From assembly GCA_964016885.1 (NCBI GenBank), contig OZ024752.1, positions 25,172,001-25,236,000 on the forward strand: a DNA stretch of 64,000 bases. The letters are read 5' to 3'. This DNA is from Eledone cirrhosa (Eukaryota). This document shows, in pieces, positions 40,211 through 56,693 of the stretch. Every line of letters begins with the position of its first letter. Positions within the stretch are counted from its first letter, which is position 1. The translations under genes were made by a program, and so were the position numbers. Under the pieces are notes generated by a model. The model ran no database searches. It saw nothing but the letters and a program-made list of their open reading frames with translations, and was not told the DNA's origin.

Positions 40211-43200
40211 AAGAACAAAAGATGGTTAAAAGAGTTCCATGTATTTTATTATGCGCATTTCAAAAACAAATATCATCATGCAATAATATTTGTGTTTTCA
40301 TCAGATAAAACATGAAGACATGATATGAAGGTTAAAAAACACTTGTGGATAGTTCAGTTTTAAATCAACATATGAGAAGTGGTTTTAGATTGATGTGTGA
40401 TATTGGGAAAAATATTTTATTTAGAGGGGTGGTGGTGGAAAGGATGAAAAAGAGGAGGAGATGAGAGTAAAAAGTGGAGAGGGAGGCGTATAATGAGGAA
40501 GGATGAGATAGGAGGAGAGATGGGTGATAGAGAGAGAGAGATAGCTTTTATAACTGAGAAAGATATATTGTTTTACATAGAGAGGTTGAAAACCGTTGGA
40601 AGATAATGAATAAATTAAAAGAATTTGAAAATTAACGAAGAGAAAAATAATGTAAAGTTAAGGTTTGTATATTGAGGGGTTTGATAATATGTGCGATGAA
40701 AAAAGAAAATGTTACTATGTATTGAGAATAATGTTTAAGGGTTTAATAATATGTGCGATGTTAAGAAGATGTTGATATGTATTATTAAAAGGAACAACAG
40801 GTTATTTAAGTAAGGAAATATTGTGAGATGAATGAGTTAGATGAAAAGGAGAAAAGAATAATGAATTGAGGATGAATAATCTAACGTCAAAAAAATGTAT
40901 ATGTTTACGAAGGATTTTTACAAGGTGATATAGAGTAAGAATGTATTGTATTATGTAATAATTGATTCTATGTTAGGCAAGAGTGAGAAAAGGTACAGAT
41001 TAGGGGTTAGATATTAAAAGAAGAAGAGAAGAATGAGTAACAAGTATTATAGAATGTATAATAACCTTTGAAATAAGGTAGAAAGATGGGTATATTTTTA
41101 AAAGAAGTGTATATATATATATATATATGTGCCTTTGAGAAAAAGATTCTAAATTGATAAAGAATTGAATATTAGATGTATACTTTGTGAAATGTTTTAT
41201 TAAAGTTATTGGAATGATCATGATTAATTATTCTACTGTAATTTCTTCTAGAATTTGTTTCTTTACTATATTTAATTTTATCAGGATAGCCGGCTTTAGA
41301 AAGCGCGTTATTATAGTAATTGGCGTTAGCATCAAATATGTTTTTATTAGAAGATAGGTTAGATATTCTTTTTCCAATATTACTAACTATAGCATTCTTG
41401 ATATTAGTAGGATGGTTAGATTTAAAGTTAATATAATTTAGGTTCTCATTGTTTTTATGGTAAGGGTAATATAGGCCAGTGTCAAGATTAAGAGATACAT
41501 CCAAGAAATTAGCTAGTTTGATGCTGTTATCAAATTCAATTTTTAGGTTATGTTGGTTAAAGAGATTACGTATATTGTTCTTAATAATATTAAGGTTAAC
41601 TATGTTGCAATTTAAGATAGTAAATTCCACCGCGAAGTTGAGGAATTTTCCGACTCAAAGAGTTCAAAATAAAGATACCAATTAAATCTGTCAATTGGGA
41701 TGAATCGGATGCTCTCATTGTGATGTCGAAGTTGTTAGAGGTATCGGCTCTGGTCCAATATTCGTTGTTGAACTCTAGGATGGTTTTACGTGCGGTGAGA
41801 ATGATGTGAAGTTCATCTGTGGTGATGTCAGAATATTTAAGTGCGAAAGATAGAGCATTATTGAGAAGTGAAGGCGAAATAGAAGAATAGTAGCTGGCAA
41901 TATCAAATTGAACAAATTTTAGTTTATTTTTATTATTCAATTCGTTGAATCACTTCAGAAGTACTAAACCATAAATTTAGGTTCAAAGAAGAGCAATTAG
42001 AACGAACCTGTAGGATAATTCTATCCAAGATGGCTTTACTAACCAACCACAGATCTGATTTAGAGGAGAGATGGGTGATAGAGAGAGAGATAGCTTTTAT
42101 AACTGAGAAAGATATATTGTTTTACATAGAGAGGTTGAAAACCGTTGGAAGATAATGAATAAATTAAAAGAATTTGAAAATTAACGAAGAGAAAAATAAT
42201 GTAAAGTTAAGGTTTGTATATTGAAGGGTTTAATAATATGTGCGATGAAAAGAAATTGTTAATATGTATTAAGAATAATATTTAAGGGTTTAATAATATG
42301 TGCGATGGAAAGAAAATGTTGATATGTATTATTAAACAAATATAGCAATAGTAATGTAAGTAAGGATATATTGTGAAAGAAGTAGAAAATAGGTTGAATA
42401 AGTTACATGAGCATGAAAGGGAGAAAAAATAATGAATTGAGGATGAATAATCTAACGTCAAAAAAAATGTTTGTTTACGAAGGATTTTTTCAAGGTGATA
42501 TAAAGTAAGAATATATTGTACTGTGTAATAATTGTTTCTATGTTAGGCACAATGAGAAAAGGTACAGATTAGGGGTTAGAAATTAAAAGAAAAAGAAAAG
42601 AAAAGGAAAAGGAAGAAAGGGAAGTGATAAATAGGAGTGATATAGAATGAGTAACTAGTATTTTATAATGTATAATAAATAACTTTGAAATAAGGTAGAA
42701 AGATGGGTATATTTTTAAAGAAGTATATATATATATATATGTGCCTTTGAGAAAAGGATTTTAAATTGATAAAGTATTAGATATTAGCTGTATACTTTAT
42801 GGAATGTTCTGTGGAATTTATGCAAGCAGAGAGAAAACAAGTCAGTGCGTCTATTTATTATAGAATCTAAATTAGATATAATGGTAAATTTTTCATTTAA
42901 ACAGAGATTGCAAGTATTGGATAGAGAACTGTTCAAGTATGTAGAAGCAGAAGAAACCTTTTTCCAAGAGATGTTATATTTAATATTTTTGTCTTTCAAG
43001 GACCATATGAGTTCTGAGAGTGCCGTGTTGGTTCTTTTAAGTTGGTATTTAAAAGACGAATGATGATTATAAAGACGAGCTTTAAAGGAGGTGGAAGTGG
43101 AGCCAAAATAGGTGAAGGAATTGGTGTCAGTTATAACTTTACATTCGTAGATTAAGTTTTTTTCAAGACAATGGTTGTTGAGAGGACATTTATTTTTAAC

Positions 43201-43855
43201 AGGGCAATTGCAATTGCGATTAGAGAAATTAGCAGAGTTATTAACGAGTGACCTAGTGTTATCTATAGAAGGAATTGGATTGGAGAAGTTATTTACGATA
43301 GGAATAATAGTTTCTTGATTTAGAATGGGATTAAGAACATTTAGCGAAGTTGTGTTTGACGTTGTATTTGGGTTTGCAGAAATTAGCCTAGAGTTAACAA
43401 TGACGTCGGGAGTACTATTACTATTATTATGATATTCAGTGTTGGAAGGAAGAGATTTAGTATTTAGTATTTTATTGTTGTGTTTAGAGATAATATTGGA
43501 AATGTTGGAGGAGGTCGGATAGGAAAATTTTATAGTGTGTTTGTTAAATATTTTACTATAGATATGTGAGGGAGGAAAACATTTATTTAAGGCACTAAAG
43601 AATAATTTAGGAATATTATTATTAATAGAGATGGAGAAAGGAGCATTATACCAGATTATGTTTTTGTATCTAGGTCTTTTATTAAAGTTATTGGAATGAT
43701 CATGATTAATTATTCTACTGTAAGATCTTCTAGAATTAGTTTCTTTACTATATTTGATTTTATCAGGATAGCCGACTTTAGAAAGCGCGATAGCCGGCTT
43801 TAGAAAGCGCGATAGCCGGCTTTAGAATAACGCTAATAACGCTAATTTATACTTA
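40211..43855 (-). mobile_element. Hydra-type PLE fragments in partial tandem (RT remnants 41172-42060; GIY-YIG copy 42784-43680)
   Basis: FDIASYYSSI, FDITMRASDSSQLTDLIG, NFLDVSLNL, SNHP; 42061-43855 is nearly identical to 33420-35155. Confidence 0.88.
40238..40314 (-). ncRNA. Type I hammerhead ribozyme in PLE pLTR (second copy)
   Basis: ttttat CTGATGA...GAAA tgcgca T A ataaaa, as at 33159. Confidence 0.83.
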
Positions 43856-43861
43856 TATATG

Positions 43862-43915
<54 letters not shown>

Positions 43916-43923
43916 CATATGTA

Positions 43924-43955
<32 letters not shown>

Positions 43956-44665
43956 GGCTTGGCACTTGTTGGTATAAGACGTGAATTGTCGTCTCTCCAG
44001 ATTTGAAATTTTAATATTTTAAATCGACAGTAATCGGATTTATGTATGGTTTTAATTCTTCAGAGGACAAGGAAAACATACAAAAAAAGATAAGTTTTTG
44101 TGCTTTGACGCAATTATTTTGAAGTATATGTTACATATATTACCGTTTTGAACATGTTTATTTTCACTGTATGATTCCTTGATAGGAGACAACACACACA
44201 CGTGCTTTCTATTTCTCTTGCCTACCATACGGAGCATTTTGGTTTAACTTAAGCAGATCTTGTATTAATTTTGATTTTTCTGAGTAACATAATTTAATTT
44301 GATATAATCTTGTTTGATTTGGTATAATCTTATCTGCATTTGACCCGATTTCGTTATTTCTTGTATGATATGCTGATATTACAATAACTTCGTATATTTG
44401 TAAACAAACATTTACATTCATCTTATATATGCAACTTACATCGTGTTTCTATATCTCTATGTTTCCGGTTTTTCCATTCATTAATTTAAATTTAAAAATT
44501 TATTTTTATATTTATGAACTGCTGTTGCTCACGCTGTCTCTATCTCTCTCCTTCCTTCCTCTCTCTCTCTCTCTCTCCCTCTCTCTCTCTCTCGATCAAC
44601 GAGCTCTCTTTCTCCCTCTCTCTCGATCAACGAGCTCTCTTTCTCCCTCTCTCTAGATCAACGAG

Positions 44666-44758
<93 letters not shown>

Positions 44759-44960
44759 CTCTCCCTCTGACATTCCCCCCACTCTTCCCGCTATCTCTCT
44801 CGCTCCCCTCTTCTGTCTCCCCCTTTTCTTTTCTTTTCTTCTGTTTCTCTTTCTTCTTTTTCTCGCTGGAGTTATATCTCTATCTCCCTCCCTCACTCTG
44901 TCCCTCTCTAACCTCTACCCTACACTTCCCACTGTCTCTCTTTCTCCCCTCCACAGCGAA

Positions 44961-45907
44961 ATGGACTGCATGCAGGAAAAATGTGAAATCAGGAGTCAAC
45001 GAAACTGGTCTAAGATGGAACTAGCGGTTTTGATCAAGGGGTGGACCATGGCTGATGGGTCTCCACCAAGCAAAAAGATGGCGGAGAACCTGAAGAGCCA
45101 TGGGTTTCTGAGGACCCTGGCACAGATAGAGAGAAAGAGAAAAGAAATTGAGAAGGCGTATGTCCTCATAGCGCCTCATATGGCGATGCTAAGCCGTGTC
45201 CTCAGGGAGGAGAAAACCGAAGGGAGGGATGAGGAGAAGGAGAGGGAAAAGGAAGAGGAAAAAGAAAAAGAAAAGGAGGAGAGCACAAGCACGGACCTGA
45301 AAGAAAATGATATACCCTCCGCCACAGGCAGGGAGGGCAGGCCGGGCAACCAACAAGCTAAGGGCAAAGGTGAAAAGCGAAATCACCTTCCGAAGGAGAA
45401 CCAAGCGCAGAGGGACCAGTGGACAACTGTTCAAAGAAAGAACAGAAAGCACCGAGACACTGGGAGCAAAAAACCCCAAGTAATGTGCGAGTTTTTCAAG
45501 AACGGACATGCTGGCATGGAGAGACAGGGATGGGATGCAGATTCGCCCACCCTAGGTCTCAAACGAACTATGCCTATCATACTCGCGCAACATGCCCCAG
45601 CCAAAGCCGAAATAAGCCGCTCCAGAAGTATGCTGATGTCGCGCGTGCTGCACCAACAAGGAGAAGGCACGCACATGCCGACGAGATACAGATGGCAGCA
45701 GCAGATCAGAAACATTTTTTAGTGATGGCAGAGAAGATTGTGGGACAGCTGACCTGGCTGCATCGTCTCCAGAGCCAGGGTCATCCACACCAGCACTCGA
45801 GACCACCGCAGTTAAGGGACCCAGAGTGGCCGCCGCTGACACCAGACCAGGTGTCATACCGACAGCCATTACTGACACCCCAAAAGTCACACCAGTGCTG
45901 CTGCTGA
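44961..45907 (+). pseudogene. LINE family A ORF1 (Myb/SANT-like domain + charged coil + CCCH finger), 1-nt frameshift at ~45508
   Basis: RNWSKMELAVLIKGW...GFLRTLAQIERKRKEI; finger reconstructed from copy 2 as CKFFKNGRCWHGETGMGCRFAH. Confidence 0.8.
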
Positions 45908-46468
45908 ATGTCAGAGGCCTGGTGAAACTCAGTAACATGAGTAAAATTTCCTACCTGGCAGACTTAGCCATAAGCAATCAAGCACTATGCATGGCACTAA
46001 CCGAAACGCACCTGACAAGTAGTATAGCAGATGCAGAAGTACATATACCGAAATATACTGTATTTCGTTCGGACAGGAAGGAGAGAACTCATGGTGGGGT
46101 TGCTCTGTATATCCGTGAAGATGTCACACCAATTGTACTGTTGACACATTCAAACTCAGTCTGTGACACACTGATAATACATATGAAGCAACTACAAACA
46201 GTGATATGTGTCACGTATCGGCCGCCCGATAACCCCAGTCATGAGGGTAAATTTGAGGATAGCCTAAGTAGGATAGAAGAGGTCCTTGACAAGCTGGACC
46301 AGGGTCTCAACATCCTACTGCTGGGAGACTTCAACCTACCAAAGGTCAAATGGCCTGAGGGCCACCTCCTCCCTGGAATGACGTCAATAGAACAGAGACA
46401 GACGGAATCCCTGCTGGCCCTCACACACAGGCTGTTCAATTCTCTCGGATCATAACTTAGTAGAGCTA

Positions 46469-48766
46469 ATGATATGTGGTCCAAGAGAACCAACAGAGAC
46501 AAAACCACCAAGAAGCTCCGGGACGCTATCCAACCTTAACTTCTACAAGGCTAACTGGAAAAAGATTAAGAGTGAAATCCGGAAGCAAACATGGAGTGAA
46601 AACATCGCCACACAAGACACTAACACACAATTTCAACACTTCATGACAACGATACACACCATATGCAAAAAGTGTGTCCCGGAGAAAGAGGCAAACAGAC
46701 ACAAAAATCTTATTCCCAGAGATAGGAAAATCCTTATGAGACGTAGAACTAAACTCTCAAACCAGTTGAATAGTCAACAAAACCAAAACAAGAAGGAATC
46801 CTATTTGAAACGTGCACTACTTGACACCGAGATTGCACTCAAACTTTCACATGAGAATGAGAGGGCAAAGAAAGAGAACAGGGCCATAGAAAACATTAAA
46901 ACAAACCCTAAGGCCTTCTTTAAATTTGCAAAAGAAACTGCCTCAGTACACTGCAAGATTGGACCACTCTTCCACACGGACGGTTCATTAACCGAAAATC
47001 CCCAAGAGATATGTGAAATACTGAACGAACAGTACAAAAGTGTCTTCACATGTCCACTGAGGCACATGCAAATAACGAAGCCAGAGGAGTTCTTTGATGC
47101 CACAACACTACATCAAGAAATGGCAACCATCAACCACATAGACATAACGGAGGAGGATGTGGTGTACGCCATTGATGAAATTAGAACAGACTCGGCTGCT
47201 GGACCTGATGGATTCCCAGCAGTTCTCCTAAAAATATGTAAGCGGGCCTTAGCAACTCCACTGAAGATGCTCTTCAGAAGCTCCTTGGCTAGCGGTGTAC
47301 TACCCAGGGAGCTGAAAGAAAGCACAATATGCCCTATCCATAAAGGAGGTAGTAGAGCGGAGGCCAAGAACTATAGGCCAGTCTCCCTGACGTCGCATAT
47401 CAGTAAGGTCATGGAGCCAGTCGTCAGAAAGAAACTAATCACTTTCCTCGAAGAAAATGACCGCCTGACTAGCACGCAACATGGCTTCCGCCTAGGAAGA
47501 AGCTGCCTTACACAGCTGCTACATCACTACGACTGGGTACTGAGACAACTACTAGACAGCTCACATGTAGACGTGATATATCTTGACTTTGCGAAGGCCT
47601 TTGACAAGGTCGACCACGGAATGATATGTCACAAACTACACGGACTCGGCATAGCTGGAAAAGTAGGTGAGTGGCTGCATGGCTTCCTAAGGGACAGAAG
47701 CCAGGCAGTCGCAGCAAATGGGGCCCTCTCGAGGGAAACACCGATAACAAGTGGGGTGCCCCAGGGGACAGTCCTGGGACCACTACTGTTTTTGGTGGCT
47801 CTCTCGGACACGCCCTCTGTGGTGCATGCAACAACATCCCTCACTAGCTATGCTGATGACACTAAGGTAGCACAGGCAATCAAAAACCCGGCTGACGCTG
47901 CCCTCTTACAGCAGGATCTGGATGCCATATACAGATGGGCGGAAGACACCAACATGCAGTTTAATGCTGGCAAATTCCAAGCCCTACAATACAAACCTGC
48001 AAACACAAACACAAATATAGCGGAACACAGCTACACAGTACCAGGAGGGACCGATATCCCCGTGTCAAAATCGATACGAGACCTGGGCATAGACATGAGC
48101 GATGATGCATCTTTTTCTTCATACATCATGAAGGTGGCGACAACATGTAGACGATTCACTGGCTGGATCTTGAGGACTTTCCTTACAAGAGATCGAGACA
48201 CCATGTTGACACTGTGGAGGACTTTTGTCCTAAGCCGCCTGGACTACTGCTCCCAGCTGTGGTCACCCCATAGTGTCAAACTAACCACGGAGCTTGAAGC
48301 AATCCAGCGAAGCTACACCAAGAGGATTGCCAAGATGAGGGAGACAAGCTACTGGGAAAGGCTAAAGGAACTGAACCTCTACTTCTTGGAGCGAAGACGG
48401 GAGAGATACGCAGTGATCTACATGTGGAAAATCCTGGAGGGACTAGCACCAAACTTTGGCATTGGGAGCTGGACCAACCGTCGAACAGGACGTCACTGTG
48501 TGGTGCCAAAGGTCCCCTCTTCCACATCTAGAATAAGGAGCAGGTATTGCAATAGCCTGGGATTCAAGGGCCCTCAACTCTTCAACAGGCTGCCGAGGCA
48601 TCTGCGAGACTTGCATGACGTGGAGGTGGATGTCTTTAAGAAACATCTCGACACCTTGTTATCCAGGATCCCGGATGAGCCCACAGCAAGACACGAGGGA
48701 GACCTAAGGGCAGCAGCAACAAACTCCCTCTTACACCAGTGGCCAACCTATACAGGCTGGAGATAA
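46469..48766 (+). CDS. LINE family A ORF2, RT and C-terminal part (765 aa open), separated from the EN by a frameshifting deletion
   Basis: [55 protein letters not shown]. Confidence 0.9.
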   Translation: MICGPREPTETKPPRSSGTLSNLNFYKANWKKIKSEIRKQTWSENIATQDTNTQFQHFMTTIHTICKKCVPEKEANRHKNLIPRDRKILMRRRTKLSNQLNSQQNQNKKESYLKRALLDTEIALKLSHENERAKKENRAIENIKTNPKAFFKFAKETASVHCKIGPLFHTDGSLTENPQEICEILNEQYKSVFTCPLRHMQITKPEEFFDATTLHQEMATINHIDITEEDVVYAIDEIRTDSAAGPDGFPAVLLKICKRALATPLKMLFRSSLASGVLPRELKESTICPIHKGGSRAEAKNYRPVSLTSHISKVMEPVVRKKLITFLEENDRLTSTQHGFRLGRSCLTQLLHHYDWVLRQLLDSSHVDVIYLDFAKAFDKVDHGMICHKLHGLGIAGKVGEWLHGFLRDRSQAVAANGALSRETPITSGVPQGTVLGPLLFLVALSDTPSVVHATTSLTSYADDTKVAQAIKNPADAALLQQDLDAIYRWAEDTNMQFNAGKFQALQYKPANTNTNIAEHSYTVPGGTDIPVSKSIRDLGIDMSDDASFSSYIMKVATTCRRFTGWILRTFLTRDRDTMLTLWRTFVLSRLDYCSQLWSPHSVKLTTELEAIQRSYTKRIAKMRETSYWERLKELNLYFLERRRERYAVIYMWKILEGLAPNFGIGSWTNRRTGRHCVVPKVPSSTSRIRSRYCNSLGFKGPQLFNRLPRHLRDLHDVEVDVFKKHLDTLLSRIPDEPTARHEGDLRAAATNSLLHQWPTYTGWR

Positions 48767-48849
48767 AATGTGTAGCAACAAGGGCGGTGCCCCAGCATGG
48801 ACTCAGCCGGATGGCTGAAACAGGTAAAAGAGTAATAAAAGAGTATATG

Positions 48850-48899
<50 letters not shown>

Positions 48900-48900
48900 C

Positions 48901-48982
<82 letters not shown>

Positions 48983-49099
48983 ATATATATATGTATATAT
49001 ATATATGTATATATGTATATATATATATATGTATATATGTATATATATATATGTATATATATATATGTATATATGTATATATATATATATGTATATATG

Positions 49100-49135
<36 letters not shown>

Positions 49136-49211
49136 TATATATGTATATATGTATATATATATATGTATATATATATATGTATATATGTATATATATATAT
49201 ATGTATATATG

Positions 49212-49382
<171 letters not shown>

Positions 49383-49401
49383 GCATATATATATATATAT
49401 G

Positions 49402-49479
<78 letters not shown>

Positions 49480-49485
49480 TATATA

Positions 49486-52560
<3,075 letters not shown>

Positions 52561-52561
<1 letters not shown>

Positions 52562-52722
52562 TACATGGACACACTAGAAGAGGAAGACCAAGGTTAACAT
52601 ATGTTGATGCCCTAAGGACAGACACTGGTCTGTTGGAGATGCAGGATATGGCAGCGATAATGAGGGACAGAGACCGCTGGAGAGAACTCGTCCATGGATC
52701 TCGGGAATTTTACCCGCCTTAG
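52561..52722 (+). mobile_element. RTE-clade LINE 3' fragment
   Basis: Translates HGHTRRGRPRLTYVDALRTDTGLLEMQDMAAIMRDRDRWRELV, a typical RTE C-terminus. Confidence 0.75.
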
Positions 52723-52773
<51 letters not shown>

Positions 52774-52775
<2 letters not shown>

Positions 52776-53145
52776 CGATATTAAATAAATGGAAACTATA
52801 TTTATAAAACCATATTTATTTCATTATATATATTTCAGGAATATCATATTAAAAATATGTTATGCCTTCTTCAGACAAAATACAATATAAACAGTCTTAT
52901 AAATAGATAGATTCGACATACCTTTCAACATCGACTTCCTTTTGAAAAGTTGATTTGGTACCAAATCAACTTTTCAAAAGGAAGTCGATGTTGAAAGGTA
53001 TGTCGAATCTATCTATTTATAAGACTGTTTATATTGTATTTTGTCTGAAGAAGGCATAACATATTTTTAATATGATATCCCTGAAATATATATAATGAAA
53101 TAAATATGGTTTTATAAATATAGTTTCCATTTATTTAATATCGTA
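52774..53145. repeat. 372-bp spacerless palindrome (inverted pLTR pair)
   Basis: Centre GGT|ACC at 52959/52960; one mismatch seen between the arms. Confidence 0.95.
53037..53102 (+). ncRNA. Type I hammerhead ribozyme (mirror copy on minus strand at 52817-52882)
   Basis: tattttgt CTGAAGA agg...cct GAAA tatata T A atgaaata. Confidence 0.8.
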
Positions 53146-53228
53146 AATATACTCCAAATACTTGTTGAGTGCTTTTATATCAGTTATAAATATTTACTCG
53201 TTGTAACCCAACAGTTTAAATAAAACTT

Positions 53229-53278
<50 letters not shown>

Positions 53279-53286
53279 TTATATAC

Positions 53287-53331
<45 letters not shown>

Positions 53332-53352
53332 TATATATACACATATATATAT

Positions 53353-53420
<68 letters not shown>

Positions 53421-53488
53421 GCATATACATATATATATATATATTTATATATATATACATATATATATATACATATATATATATACAC

Positions 53489-53549
<61 letters not shown>

Positions 53550-53556
53550 TACATAT

Positions 53557-54058
53557 ACGAAAAAGATAGATGGCATGTCAGACCTTGACTACTGGGGTCG
53601 ACTAGAAAAGCTGAAACTTTACTCACTCCAACGTCGCCGTGAGCGTTATATTATCTGCATGATGTGGAAAATGTTCCATCATCACTGCGCAAATGATGTT
53701 GGCATCGCCTTCAAGATACACCCAAGGCTTGGGCCCCGTGCTATCCGTCCCATACAAAAATCTAAATCGCAACTCATAACAACAATACGGCACAATTATT
53801 TCACCTCAAACATCACACCAGGACACGTCAAAACAGAAACTGACCACACAAAATTCAAGAAGTCTTTGGACAAATTCCTCCAAGTAATCCCGGACAAACC
53901 ACCCACACCCGGATATGTCTCCGCAAACAGTAATTCTCTTCTCGAATGGGCCATGGTGCCCAAATCCTGAATTGAAAGACTTCGCCAGGTGGTGCTATTA
54001 AGTTAGACATGGCCTGGGCCAATACTGGCCAAAACATTTCAAAGTTATTCAAAGTTAT
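53557..54058 (+). mobile_element. LINE family B 5'-truncated copy
   Basis: [15 protein letters not shown]...EWAMVPKS matches 23982-24412; same 3' tail; flanked by (TA)n. Confidence 0.95.
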
Positions 54059-54138
54059 ATATACATATATATATATATATACACAGATATATATATATAT
54101 ATACACACATATATATATATACATATATATATATACAC

Positions 54139-54172
<34 letters not shown>

Positions 54173-54202
54173 TTTTTTTTTGTTGCCAATATATATATAT
54201 GC

Positions 54203-54284
<82 letters not shown>

Positions 54285-54295
54285 TTATATATATG

Positions 54296-54390
<95 letters not shown>

Positions 54391-54433
54391 ATATATATAT
54401 GTATATATGTATATATATATATGTATATATATA

Positions 54434-54480
<47 letters not shown>

Positions 54481-54499
54481 ATATATATATGTATATATG

Positions 54500-54552
<53 letters not shown>

Positions 54553-54572
54553 GTATATATATATAGGTATAT

Positions 54573-55411
54573 ATTTATTTTCTCACATTTGAATTCGCTC
54601 CTGAAAGGTCTTTTTTCTAAGCGGTCATATATTCACCTAGTTTATGCTAACAGAATAACTATGAAGCTTGTTCCCTTCCTTCTACGGTTAGCTATCCTCT
54701 TTGTTGTTATCTTGTTTCACTCGCTTTACGCGTTTTAATTGTCCTAATAACTTAATTTAGTTATTATTGCACCGACGTGAGGTATATGATTTTTAATGCA
54801 ATGAAATATCTATGATCGTCGGCAAATCACTGATGAGGGACTTATTTTATTACATGTTATCCATGTACAACCAGCAGTATTCTTCTCCCCATTTTTTCAC
54901 ATATATTTACCTAAACTGCGATTCTGTTTTTTTTCTCTCTCTCTCTCTCTTACTGCTCCCTCGCTCTCTCTGTTTCTACTACTTTCTTTCGCCCCCTCTG
55001 TCATGTCAGTTAACTCTTCCTCACACTTCCACTCACTCACTCACTGTTTCTCCTCTTCTCACTTCACCCCGTTCGCGACGAAATCATTTTCTCTCTTTCT
55101 CCCATTTGAATTCGCTCCTGAAAGGTCTTTTTTCTAAGCGCTCATATATTCACCTAGCTTATGCTAACAGAATAACTATGAAGCTTGTTCCCTTCCTTCT
55201 ACGGTTAGCTATCATCTTTATTGTTATCTTGTTTCACTCGCTTTACGCGTTTTAATTGTCCTAATAACTTAATTTAGTTATTATTGCACCGACGTGATGT
55301 ATATGATTTTTAATGCAATGAAATATCTATGATCGTCGGCAAATCACTGATGAGGGACTTATTTTATTACATGTTATCCATGTGCAACCAGCAGTATTCT
55401 TCTCGCCATTT

Positions 55412-55416
<5 letters not shown>
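54573..55416 (+). mobile_element. Non-coding 517-bp partial tandem (family X), retrozyme-like
   Basis: Repeat offset 517 (54812 vs 55329); each unit carries a permuted hammerhead-like motif; flanked by (TA)n. Confidence 0.7.
54741..54841 (+). ncRNA. Candidate non-circularly permuted hammerhead ribozyme (family X; second copy 55258-55358)
   Basis: Order is stem III'-AUA-stem I' / GAAA-stem III / stem I-CTGATGA, with helices covarying against family Y. Confidence 0.7.
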
Positions 55417-55481
<65 letters not shown>

Positions 55482-55487
55482 GTATAC

Positions 55488-55522
<35 letters not shown>

Positions 55523-55528
55523 CAAATA

Positions 55529-55559
<31 letters not shown>

Positions 55560-55569
55560 GTATATATAT

Positions 55570-56156
55570 CTAAATTGAAACAAAATGAAAACGAAATTTC
55601 ATTTCTCACTCTTAGTATGGCACTTACTTAAATGTAAGTATGCATGTATACGTACATACATATATGTATACAGACGTACAGTAGCATGCACATATATATA
55701 TATATATATACATATACATATGCATACAGGGACACATACATATATGCACGTATCAGTTTAGCGGCGCTTATTATAACATCGCTTTGTTCGTTTGTAAACA
55801 AACTGAACAGCCTGAATTTATGCCATGCGGTGTTAAGGCAACCACGTCACCTTTTTGTTCAACACTGACACAGGAACGATGTACTAGTTTCAAGCTTGTT
55901 AGCTATCATCAGCACCGTTTACCCATCTGCCAGATAGTTGAACGTTCGAAAGTATATACTTTCCTTATGAAAATTAACGGCTGAGCAGCCTAATTTGCAT
56001 ATTGAGTGAGTTAAATCGGTCAGGCATACCGAAAACGATAAATTGAAACAAAATGAAAACGAAATTTCATTTCTCACTCTTAGTATGGCACTTACTTAAA
56101 TGTAAGTATGCATGTATACGTACATACGTATATGTATACAGACGTACAGTAGCATG

Positions 56157-56190
<34 letters not shown>

Positions 56191-56529
56191 CATATGCATA
56201 CAGGTACACATACATATATGCACGTATCAGTTTAGCGGCGCTTATAACGTCGCTTTGTTCGTTTGTAAACAAACTGAACAGCCTGAATTTATGCCATACG
56301 GTGTTAAGGTGACGTGGTTGCCTTAACACCGTATGGCATAAATTCAGGCTGTTCAGTTTGTTTACAAACGAACAAAGCGACGTTATAATAAGCGCCGCTA
56401 AACTGATACGTGCATATATGTATGTGTACCTGTATGCATATGTATATGTATATATATATATATATATGTGCATGCTACTGTACGTCTGTATACATATATG
56501 TATGTACGTATACATGCATACTTACATTT
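55570..56529 (-). mobile_element. Non-coding ~468-bp partial tandem plus inverted arm (PLE/retrozyme-like)
   Basis: TAAATTGAAACAAAATGAAAACG at 55571 and 56039; inversion centre ~56310-56320. Confidence 0.75.
55875..55919 (-). ncRNA. Minimal type I hammerhead ribozyme
   Basis: aacggtg CTGATGA t agct aaca agct t GAAA ctag T A catcgtt; 7-bp stem I, palindromic stem III. Confidence 0.8.
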
Positions 56530-56544
56530 ATATATATCTATATG

Positions 56545-56690
<146 letters not shown>

Positions 56691-56693
56691 TAT

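Larger units (their letters stand above)
44515..48844 (+). mobile_element. LINE family A copy 3, most complete (5' boundary approximate; (CT)n-rich 5' UTR)
   Basis: ORF1 starts at 44961; EN 45721-46455; RT ORF 46469..48766; 3' tail then (TA)n. Confidence 0.95.

Noticed and set aside
54772-54822. SECIS element (GTGA...TGAT quartet)
   Set aside because: Helix II does not pair in the SECIS register and family Y lacks the quartet; the hammerhead register covaries better.
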